Shown one piece after another: positions 1-8,953 of a DNA stretch of 10,040 nt. A program made the translations under genes and the position numbers. The notes under the pieces are model-generated. The model saw only the letters and a program-made list of their open reading frames with translations, ran no database searches and was not told the DNA's origin. Position 1 is the stretch's first letter; every line of letters starts with the position of its first letter. The DNA lies in contig NW_021827700.1 in assembly GCF_006345805.1 (NCBI RefSeq), positions 1 through 10,040 on the forward strand, written 5' to 3'. The stretch is from Octopus sinensis (lineage: Eukaryota).

Positions 1-334
1 AATTTCTTTTTGCGGCAGAGTATTTAAAATAGTAAGCAGTGCTGTCAAACGTCTAAGCATAATTTAATTTATTTCATTAAATTGTGTGCTTATGAGAATG
101 TGTGTGAATGCGCGTCGCGTGAAGTTTTAATATTGCGTGTGAATATATATATATATATATACAAACACACATACACCAACGAATATACAACACATATTTA
201 TAGAATTTTCACACACACAAACACATTTATATGTATATGCACATGTAGGTATATGGATTGATGTCCTAATAAACATAGTTGCATATGCATATATGAATAT
301 GATTCGATTATCCTTGCCATACCGATTGTCTCTG

Positions 335-356
335 TTATTATTATTATTATTATTAT

Positions 357-391
<35 letters not shown>
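335..391. repeat. Compound trinucleotide microsatellite (TTA)8(CTA)11
   Basis: Read directly. It explains the poly-V/poly-I ORF 198..512(-). Confidence 0.97.
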
Positions 392-392
<1 letters not shown>

Positions 393-612
393 AAATAGTA
401 TTATTGTTGTTATCATTTTTCTAATTATAATTTCACAGGTAATATGATTTCGTGTGTAACAAACGCCAAGTTTCACCGATCGGATATAATTTAGTTTTGC
501 ATATCTCGTCACTTCTCTTTTTATATTTATATGCCATATTTTTTATTATTATATTATTATATTGCTGTATCGTCTATCTTTACTTTTGCGACAAAATGTT
601 CTAGTAAGTTAC

Positions 613-615
<3 letters not shown>

Positions 616-656
<41 letters not shown>
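616..656. repeat. (TA)20 microsatellite
   Basis: Read directly. It lies within a wider TA/TG-rich low-complexity region (~616-1070). Confidence 0.97.
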
Positions 657-659
<3 letters not shown>

Positions 660-1566
660 TGTGTGTGTCTGTTTGTGAGCACGTATATTTATTTATACGC
701 AAACAGTGTGTGTGTGTTTATGTGTATGTGAGGTGGCGCTGCGTTGGCATTTGTGTTTGTACACACACATATTTACAGGGAAAAAACACTCACTCATATA
801 CAATCACTCATATATATGTGAGTGTATGTTTGTATGTAATTATATATATATATATATGCATATATATATATACGCGTACAAATGTATGTAGTATGTTGAC
901 AAAGAGATAGAAATATCCACGCACACACACATAGCAATGTATATTTATATATATATACATTTAAATATAGACATACATATAAATATATCAATTTTTAGAA
1001 TTTAGAAGTGTATATGTATATGTATATGGCTATATATGTACACGTGTATACGTATGTGTGTGTATCCCTATATGTGATAGTTGACAAGTTTTAGCGTGTT
1101 TGTAAGAATTTTTTTGTAGACATTTATCTCCCTTGAGTTACGTTGCTGTTTGCGGCTTTTGTATTTTGAATTTAAATTAAATTATAAATTATGTTCTCCA
1201 AACTTTTTTTTACTCCCAGAACAAAATGAAACACAAAAACCTCTTAATATAATATACTATGTTCTAATATGGTGGAACATTATATATCTATAAACGCACT
1301 CTGTATATATATATATTTAGTTGGATATATGTAAATATGTATATATCTATATCTATCTATATATATATATATATATATTTGGACATATAGGTATATATCC
1401 ATATCAATAACTGTGTAAGTGTGTATGAGAGTGCGTGTTTGTAATAAGAAATATTATACCAAGTAACACGTCAAGTTAATTCAACTGAAAGAAAATGCGA
1501 GTTTCAGTGTTTGTAAGTAAATGTAGGTATAGCCTACGCGTATATATACATGTGTAGACATGCTTG

Positions 1567-1598
<32 letters not shown>

Positions 1599-1682
1599 CT
1601 GTGGTTACTCACTGACGACAATGTTTGAGGGAGGCGTAAAGCTATTGATTATTATATACAATTAACATTCATAGCATATAAG

Positions 1683-1740
1683 TATCACATATATATATAG
1701 GCACACAAAATCATATATACATATACATACATACATATAC

Positions 1741-1805
<65 letters not shown>

Positions 1806-1919
1806 CGTGCGTTTGTGTTGTATATTTATGTATGTATGTATGTATGTATTTACATATATACATATATATGTATATATATATTTTATATGTGTTATACATA
1901 CATATACATTTTTATATAA

Positions 1920-1985
<66 letters not shown>

Positions 1986-2040
1986 TTGATATATATACAT
2001 AAATATATATATATATTATATATATATATATATATATGTA
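1683..2040. repeat. Compound (TA)n/(TATG)n/(GA)n low-complexity tract
   Basis: Long TA run at 1742-1787, TATG repeats around 1828-1848, TA at 1925-1950 and GA at 1951-1978. Confidence 0.95.
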
Positions 2041-2524
2041 TACATAGTGAAATATAAATATAAATTCATCTTCGAGGATTAAGTGGAGGAATACACACAT
2101 GCAAACACTAACCCGACGATCAATTACTGTCCTCTCTGTCAATTTCGCTCTCTCTCTCTGTCCTTCTGTTTCGCTCTCTCTCATTCAACTTCTCTCACTC
2201 ACATACATATATATATAACGATATACATTTAGCAGACCACGTCTGCTTTGCAATTTTTCTCCTGATTATCTCTGTCAGGCATTGTCATCTGAGCTTACAA
2301 AGTAAATTTGAAGTCACTGTTAATCTTCTTTTTGCAGACATTAATTTCTGACAGTTCTTAAAGAGATTGAGCTGCTTTGCGACCAATTGCGACCATACGA
2401 GTTCTGTCCCACCGCGTGTCAACTTGGTAGTGGGTCTACTACTATTGCCACAGGTCGACAAATGTCATTTGAATGAATTTGCTTGACGGAAATTTTCTGT
2501 AACGAAAGCACGTTATCTATCTTT

Positions 2525-2525
<1 letters not shown>

Positions 2526-2601
<76 letters not shown>
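2526..2601. repeat. (TATC)19 microsatellite forming the 5' flank of the retrotransposon
   Basis: Perfect 19 units, preceded by a TTATCTATCTTTT stub at 2513-2525. It ends at ...TATCT|GAAAAC (2602/2603). Confidence 0.98.
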
Positions 2602-2602
<1 letters not shown>

Positions 2603-2786
2603 GAAAACAATATTTCCGAATGCGGTAGGCGGGTTTCAACGATACCTGTCGAAAAAACTATACAAACACCTCATCAAAAACAATACAAAAGAAGAAGAAA
2701 AAAATGAAACTTTTAAAATGAGTAAGTGACCTCCCCTCTTGCCTCTTGTCTCTTCTAATGTAGTGTGTAAAACACAATTTTCGTAA

Positions 2787-3500
2787 ATGTCAAGTATGCT
2801 TAAATTAGGTTGTGTGAATGCGCGTGGCTTGGCATCGGCTTGAAGCAAGGTTACCTTCTAACGACATCAAGTCACTGAACGTGGATATAGTAGCTATCAG
2901 TGAAACCAGACTCAGTAAACCGCGGGCCCTCGAGTCCATGTTTGGCAATCAATTTGACATTTATTTTTCTCCCTGTCTGCCGAACATGGGTGGTGGAGGT
3001 ACCGCGGTGCTTTTTCGAAAGAGTCTAAATGTAAAAGTAAGAGCAATATTCCTAGACCCGGAGGGTAGGCTGGTTGTCTTGACGTGGATGGCAGAAATGG
3101 GTGTGCATTCCGTCTGATGGCAGTTTATGCACCGTCCTTAACGGGTCGGGCGGATTTCTTCAGACGTCTAGAGGTTTTCCTGGGTACGTCTAGACCTTTA
3201 CTGTTAGTAGGGGATTGGAACGCTACCTTGGACACGCATCTAGATTATGTGGGAAGGGATAGGAATAGAAGGGGGTGTAAGAGCCTCAAAGACCTGCTCA
3301 GACGTTTCCATTTGTCTGACAGGTTCCGACTCGACCATCCGAACGTGCCAACGTGGACTTGGACAAACCGCGTCGGATCGTCAAGGTCTTATCTAGATAG
3401 AATTCTATGCAGGACAGCGGATAGGGATAGTGTAGGATGTCCACAATTTAAAATAGTCAGCTACACAGATCACAAATTTGTTACTTGTACGCTCGACTTA
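2787..3500 (+). other. APE-like (EEP) endonuclease domain of ORF2
   Basis: After frame repair the motifs GCVNARGL, DIVAISETRL, GGGGTAVLF, AVYAP, LVGDWN, WTW, SYLDRI and TDH (3465-3473) are all present. Confidence 0.93.
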
Positions 3501-4156
3501 GATAAAACACATAGGCAGGTCCCGGTTACTGGAAACTGAACACGTCGCTGTTAGCGCGACAGGTTTACAGGAACCGGATTAGCGAGTTAATTAAGAGGGC
3601 GCTGACGGGAGCCGTCGTTAACAACCGCTGGTGGTACGCCCTGAAAATGGCAATAAAATCGGAATCAATTAGGTTTAGCAAGGAATTAGCGATAGAACGA
3701 AATAGAGTAGAGGGAGACTTGGTTAAGAAACTAGAAGAGGCACTTACCACTGGCAGCGCAACCAACGTGCTGGCTGCGAGGATGGCCCTCGACCAACACC
3801 TCAACGCCAAGCAGGAAGGTTGCGTTGTCAGAGCTAAAATGCGTGCCTTAAAGAAGGAAGGGATCGATGCTGCGCGAGAGGCCCGGGTAGCGGAGGCGCA
3901 GCGTGGCAACAGAGCCACCATTCGGTCTCTAATAGATCAACAGGGATGCAGTTTACTCGTACCCGAAAGGATGTGTGAGGCCTTTCAACAGCACTTTGCT
4001 CGACTGTTTGGTGCGAGTGGTGGGTCGGAACGCGGGATGGATTTCAGTGCCTACCTGACCGACCTGCCGCGGCTCTCGGCAAGAGAAGTGGAGTGTTGTG
4101 AAAGTCCCATCACAGCCGCTGACGTGTGGGATGCGATGGCGGGCTGCGCGAGGGAT

Positions 4157-4935
4157 AAGTCGCCTGGATTGGATGGTTTACCCTACGAGCTGTATTGTCG
4201 AATGCCAGGCTTGTTTGGCGACCTTTTGGCATCAGTCTACTGCAACTGTCAACAAAACGGGAGAATCCCCGGTTTCGTGAGCCGAGGTGCAGTGACGTTG
4301 CTGAAGAAAGACCCAAACAAGGGGAATTTTATAGATAATTTCAGGCCCATCACTCTGCTCAACGCAGATTTGAAAATTTTGGCCAAAGTAATAGCCGAGA
4401 GGTTGGCGCTTGTCATTGGTAAACTGGTCGACAGGGCGCAAACATGCGCCGTGCCGGGCAGAACCATACATGACAACCTCCATCTGATGCGATCTTCCGC
4501 GGTTGGATCGCTGCCTTGTATAGCGGCATCCGATCGGTGATTCGGGTAAACGGTCACCTGTCGAAACCGTTTGACATCACGCGTTCGGTCCGTCAGGGGT
4601 GTCCCCTGTCGGCGCTTCTGTATGTATTGACTCTCGAGCCGCTACTGCGGAAGCTGGCGACACTGAGGGGCATCCCACGGGAACTGGGTTGCGGGACGAG
4701 CGTGTCGGCATATGCGGAGGATGTCACCGTGATAGTGTCGAGCGACAAACACATCCAGATGATAGGCGAGACACTAAGAAAATACGAAACGGTGACGGGA
4801 GCAAAGATTAACCCGGAAAAGTCAGTGGGTTTGCTACTCGGCACCTAGAGAAGCAAGCCCATGCCGTCCGACTGCGGCTCAGTAGTGGGACGCTGGATGG
4901 ACCACCGGTTAAATTGCTCGGGGTCTGGTTCAGTC
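4157..4935 (+). other. Reverse transcriptase domain of ORF2, inactivated
   Basis: KSPGLDGLPYE, NFRPITLLNADLKILAK, QTCAVPGRTIHDN, VRQGCPLS (RQGCPLS from 4591), YAEDV (YAED at 4711-4722; canonical YADD), AKINPEKS and LLGVWF are present. Motif A (xDxxKAFD) is absent. Confidence 0.93.
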
Positions 4936-5676
4936 CGGACCTCCAAATGGATAAGAACTGGGACGAGATCACGAGTAGAGTGGTCGCTCTTAGCCAAACA
5001 TGGGCCGAGAGAAAGCTGTCTCTAAAAGGCCGGGCGGAGGTGGCGAACGCGTACATCGCATCCGTCATCGATTACCACCTGACCGTCGTACCTTGTCCCG
5101 ACGCCACCATCACCAAACTGGAACGCATACTATTCCGCTTCCTTTGGAAGGGTGGCGTTCCGATGGTGAGGAAGTCCATTTGCTGTCAACATCCGTTGAA
5201 TGGAGGACTGGGCATGCCGTGGTTGATGATGCGCAGGCATGCGCTGAGACTGCGACATCTCTGGAATTCATCGACGACGGTGAACAGGTGTGGGCGCCGT
5301 TGTGAGGCGCGCCTTCCCGCAGCTCGTCTCACTGACCGAACTGCAAATGTGGATCAAAAAGAGACCGAAACTGGGCGATTGGCACCGAGAGTGTCGCCAA
5401 GCTCTACAGCAGCTCTGCCGACCGGGTCAAACTTGTGCAACTTACAAACGACTAAAGCGTTCTATAGAGGACTATAGTGGAGGGGAGGTCCGACGGCACA
5501 CTCGGGGCAAACCTGGGCGTCGACGAGAAATTCCTAACCCGCCTGTTCAGGACGACGTTCGGGCCGGGGCCTATGGATAACTTCCAGAAATCCCTGGCTT
5601 GGCAGTGCTATCGAGACGCACTACCTGTTCGAGAGAAGAGCTACAGACACGGTTCGAAACCATCACCGGACCGACC

Positions 5677-5729
5677 TGCCGAGATGCGGTCAGAGCGACG
5701 AAACCGTTCTGCACGCACTCGTGCAGTGT
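5677..5729 (+). other. C-terminal CCHC zinc finger of ORF2 (C-X2-C-X8-H-X4-C)
   Basis: Restoring one C at 5680 gives CPRCGQSDETVLHALVQC. Confidence 0.85.
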
Positions 5730-6375
5730 CCAGATATTTCAGAGCTGTGGTCCTTCGTCGAACAGCTGTTGTCACGTGTTGGTCGGGCTCGTCTATCGGC
5801 CGAGTCTATCGTGAATATTGTTCCACCACCTTCCTTTAAACGGGAAGGGAAAACGGTTTTCGTTACGCTGATGGCTATGGCGAAAAAATGTGTGTGGTGG
5901 ACGCGTTTGAAAGGACTGCAAACAATCACCTTCCTCTCTGGTCAGTCTCTCGTCAACTTTTTCAAGTACCACTTGAAAAGGAGGATGAGAATAGAGAGGA
6001 AGGCTTTGTCGAACGAAAGTTTTAATAAAAAGTGGGTAAAAGTGGCAAAAATGGTCAGTATGAAAGACGACACTATTTTAAGCATAAATCTGTAACCAAA
6101 AGAGACAACGAGAAGTAAGGCGACTTACTCATGTGTTCTTTTTCGAATTGTCTGAGGTGACCTTGGTCTTTTTTGTAGGTTTTTCTTTCCAAGGCTACAC
6201 CTAAACTGTGAACCTTATATATATATATATATTGCTTTTTTATACACCACACAACCCACAGATCCCTATTGATCAAACGTTTTTTTTTTTGTGCCCCACC
6301 CACCCCACCTCGAAAGAAAAATTCTACATTGTATTTCGTCCATTTTTATTCTGTGTTTTAGCCCTGTGTGGCTAC

Positions 6376-6381
6376 AATAAA
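6376..6381 (+). promoter_or_regulatory. Polyadenylation signal at the retrotransposon 3' end
   Basis: AATAAA within CAATAAAAAGT, a few bases before the (TATC)n tract. This is the expected position in L1/Tx1 elements. Confidence 0.65.
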
Positions 6382-6385
6382 AAGT

Positions 6386-6411
6386 TATCTATCTATCTAT
6401 CTATCTATCTT

Positions 6412-6461
<50 letters not shown>
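6386..6461. repeat. (TATC)6 TTTC (TATC)12 microsatellite forming the 3' flank of the retrotransposon
   Basis: Read directly. It continues into TA/TG low-complexity sequence to ~6640. Confidence 0.98.
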
Positions 6462-6464
<3 letters not shown>

Positions 6465-6843
6465 ATATATATATATCTATATTATATATATATATATATA
6501 CATATATGTGGGTGTTTGTGTATATATATGTGTGTGTGTGTGTGTATGTATATATATATAAATCTGTATATATATATATTATATATAATATATATTATAT
6601 ATATATATGTGGTGTGTGTGTGTGTGTATATTTATATATACGCATGTGCGTTATTATGTGCTTGTTTCTGTAGATATATTAAACTTACATATATTTGTAC
6701 ATATGTGCGTGTGTGTGTGCAGTCATGTATACACACAAACACAAATATATAACTGCCTTCTGCGCATGGTACTATTGTGGTCACATGATCAAGTTTCAGC
6801 CTCATAGCCCCTTTCTTTTTCTTTTTGGCATTACAGTGTAAGC

Positions 6844-6954
6844 ATGGCTGCTCCACTCGCAATGTGCACCGAACAAGAGCAAAGAGCAAATGTTCGACTT
6901 CACTGGTCGTATGGTGCGTCAAATGTTGAAATTCATCGCAGTCTTTTAACACAA
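6844..6954 (+). pseudogene. Mariner transposase N-terminal fragment
   Basis: MAAPLAMCTEQEQRANVRLHWSYGASNVEIHRSLLTQ matches the recalled mariner N-terminal pattern MAAPLxxCTxEEQRxVIRFLWxEGxxxxEIHRRLxxQYG. Confidence 0.75.
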
Positions 6955-7317
6955 TTATTTGATAGCTTCAACTCTCTTGGTGGCCATGTGTGGGCCTGCA
7001 TTGTCAAGCAACAATAAAACTTCCGTCGAAAATAGGCTTCGGTGTTTGGTCGAAATGCTAGCTTCAGTTTGTCGGCCAGTCAAAGCACTGTATCTTGCAC
7101 TGTTGATCGTACACCCTTTTCCAGATAGTCTTCGAGTGTTGGCCCTTTTCGGTCCCCAAAAGAGTTAGCATCAGCATTCACGCGGAAGACTGAGTCTCCA
7201 ATTTCTTCGTCGCTGCCGAACCAGGATGTTTCCGTCCCATACTCTGACTTTTGGATTCTGCCTCATAATGATGGACCCCCATTTCATCTTCTGAGACCAT
7301 TCTGCTCAAAAACGGAA
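6949..7317 (-). pseudogene. Mariner transposase catalytic-core fragment (first two Asp of DD34D)
   Basis: The reverse strand, with a few frameshifts and stops, reads PFLSRMVSEDEMGVHHYEAESKSQSMGRKHPGSAATKK..LTLFGDRKGPTLEDYLEKGCTINSARYSAL..LADKLKLAFRTKHRSLFSTEVLLLLDNAGPHMATKRVEAIK. This matches mariner DETWVHH, FWDxKG, TINSxxY and HDNARPH. D1 is at 7286-7288 and D2 at 7003-7005. YSPDLAPxD was not found. Confidence 0.88.
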
Positions 7318-7493
7318 TGCGAAATTATCGCTTATTGGTTGATGATGATTGAAAATTAACCAATAAAACGCAATCACCACGCAAAGGCTACGGCCCCTTA
7401 CACTTTCATTCGCAGCCTAGGCATATATTCAGATACACAGTAGACTCGACTATAACATTCTGTTGTCGTCAATGCGTGCCTAAGAGATTTATT

Positions 7494-7739
<246 letters not shown>

Positions 7740-7745
7740 GTAGGA

Positions 7746-8260
7746 GGCGCAGGCGTGATTGGTTCCGGATTCAGTCCCAGTGCGTGGCACCTTCCGCAAG
7801 TGTCTTCTGCTATAGCCTCGGACCGACCAAGCCTTGTGAGTGTATTTGATACACGGAAACTGAAAGAGGGATAACCTTATACTAGAAATAGATGCGCATA
7901 AGGGTGTCCACATAGTTGTTTCCTTCTAATATGTGTATATTACAATTTTTCTGAACCTTCAGTTGTTTTATATGCTAGACCACCTGGTGTGTTAATTAAA
8001 TTAATATCTAATTTCTCACCCTCATTTTAAATTTATATATATATATGTTTGTGTGCTTGTTTTTGTCCCCCTAGCATAGCTTGACAACCGATGCTGGTGT
8101 GTTTACGTCCCCGTAACTTAGCGGTTCGACATAAATACCGATAGAATAAGTACTAGGCTTACAAAGTATAAGTCCTGGGGTTGACTTGTTTGAGTAAAGG
8201 CGGTGCCCCAGCATGGCCGAAGTCGAATGACTGAAACAAGTAAAAGGATAAAAAAGAATA
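7746..8260 (+). mobile_element. tRNA-derived SINE, octopus family A (head, core and tail), interrupted
   Basis: B-box-like GGATTCAGTCC at 7767-7777. The core GCAAGTGTCTTCTGCTATAGCCTCGGACCGACCAAGCCTTGTGAGTG..GGAAACTGAAAGA and the 3' part GACAACCGATGCTGGTGTGTTTACGTCCCCGTAACTTAGCGGTTCG..GACTGAAACAAGTAAAAGGATAAAAAAGAA match a very abundant octopus SINE as I recall it (core possibly MetaSINE-type). The A-box region appears deleted. Identity is from recall only. Confidence 0.75.
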
Positions 8261-8691
8261 CACAACGTTGCCGACAGTTCTGTTTTCGTCATCACTGAAT
8301 TTTACTGAAAGGCTTTTCTCTCGTTTACGTTTTTCTGTGGCTTCTTCGACTGCAGACGTAGTGAGATGCGTTAAAAGCATTGAAAATATAACTCCATATC
8401 ACCCTACTCTCGAAAATACTTGAGGGTTTTTCTGAGTGCTTGTGTGTGTACACATGCGTGTGTGTGTCTGTGTGTAAGTGTGTTGTTTGTACGTGTGTGT
8501 TTGTATCCAGTTCTTCCTACCGTTCCACTGCGTTCCATTACTGAATGCCTCACATCTAAAAAAATGCTTAGATGAAGTTCGTTTCAAATAGTTTTTTTTT
8601 CTGATATTTTCGGTTCTTATAATCTCTTGTACAATCATAAAGCATTTAAGAGTTTTTTACAATAGGTGCTTACTATAGTAACCCCTTAATG

Positions 8692-8830
8692 TTTTCTCTG
8701 TTATTGACGCAAAGCCTACAGGTTTAAGTGGAGGGGCTTATATCGACACTAGTGTGAATCTGTTACTTATTTTATAGAACCAGAAAGAAGGAACGGCAAA
8801 CTCGACCTCGATGGAATGTGAACTCAGAAC
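8692..8830 (-). mobile_element. tRNA-derived SINE, octopus family B, 5'-truncated copy on the minus strand
   Basis: The reverse complement of 8771-8830 matches 9023-9081 at 44/60 positions by manual alignment and includes the B-box-like GAGTTCACATT. The left boundary is approximate. Confidence 0.75.
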
Positions 8831-8869
8831 TGTTGGCCTGTTGTGATACGGAGTCTGTCTCCTCGACGC

Positions 8870-8903
8870 CTTTAGTAACACTGTCATCTTTAGTAACTGT
8901 CAT
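8870..8903. repeat. Short tandem duplication (18 + 16 nt)
   Basis: CTTTAGTAACACTGTCAT followed by CTTTAGTAACTGTCAT. Confidence 0.85.
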
Positions 8904-8953
8904 CTCCTTTATGAAGGCAGCAAGCTAGCAGGATGGTTATGAGGCCGAGAGAG

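Larger units (their letters stand above)
2787..6095 (+). pseudogene. Disrupted ORF2 polyprotein (endonuclease-RT-zinc finger)
   Basis: ATG at 2787 (MSSMLKLGCVNARGL...) to TAA at 6093-6095 (...DTILSINL*). Track ORFs 2818, 3084, 3647, 4516, 4914, 5000, 5290, 5477, 5599 and 5721 are pieces of one protein. They are joined by 11 apparent -1 shifts, one internal deletion (4491/4492) and one TAG (4846-4848). Confidence 0.93.
2603..6385 (+). mobile_element. Tx1-type (L1 clade) non-LTR retrotransposon, ORF2 near full length, disrupted copy
   Basis: APE endonuclease, RT and CCHC finger occur in order. GPGYWKLNTSLL linker, RKLSLKGRAEVAN and GGLGMP motifs are typical of Tx1/L1 ORF2. A ~290 nt 3' UTR ends in AATAAAAAG. 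The element is GC/CpG-rich relative to its flanks. Both boundaries are inferred from the (TATC)n junctions. Confidence 0.92.
6755..7420. mobile_element. Rearranged, decayed mariner (Tc1/mariner, DD34D-type) element
   Basis: The transposase N-terminus is on + and the catalytic core on - (next two features). Upstream sequence resembles a mariner 5' UTR, and a possible C-terminal/3' remnant lies on + at ~7335-7420. Outer boundaries are approximate and no clear TIR pair was found. Confidence 0.7.

Noticed and set aside
421-444. CTAAT..TTTCACAG|GTAATA, resembling a recursive-splicing (ratchet) site
   Set aside because: The donor is weak, the branch point is too close, and no host gene or transcript is evident. 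Such a motif is expected by chance in AT-rich DNA.
198-2184. Short ORFs with poly-YI, poly-V/I, poly-ER/SL and CV runs (also 6208-6807, 7398-7913 and 9100-9786)
   Set aside because: They are translations of TA, TTA/CTA, GA, TG and TATC microsatellites, with no protein-like content.
2221-2512. Non-repetitive, moderately GC-rich block with acceptor-like TTTTTGCAG
   Set aside because: Frames downstream of the acceptor close within a few codons, and the minus-strand frames show no recognisable motif.
3565-5929. Antisense and alternative-frame ORFs inside the LINE (3565-3921, 4098-4280, 4110-4316, 4232-4483, 4249-4557, 4593-4844, 4599-4811, 4808-5068, 5690-5929)
   Set aside because: They are shadow ORFs of a GC-rich coding sequence with no recognisable motifs.
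6290-6310. C-rich GCCCCACCCACCCCACC (G4-like on the minus strand) in the LINE 3' UTR
   Set aside because: It is short, has one weak G-run, and lies on the opposite strand to the G-rich tract known from mammalian L1.
2526-6461. CRISPR-like or LTR-like interpretation of the paired flanking repeats
   Set aside because: The flanks are simple tetranucleotide repeats with no spacers, TG..CA termini, PBS or PPT, and the protein is a non-LTR APE-RT.
6959-7168. 69-aa plus-strand ORF
   Set aside because: It is the antisense shadow of the mariner catalytic fragment.
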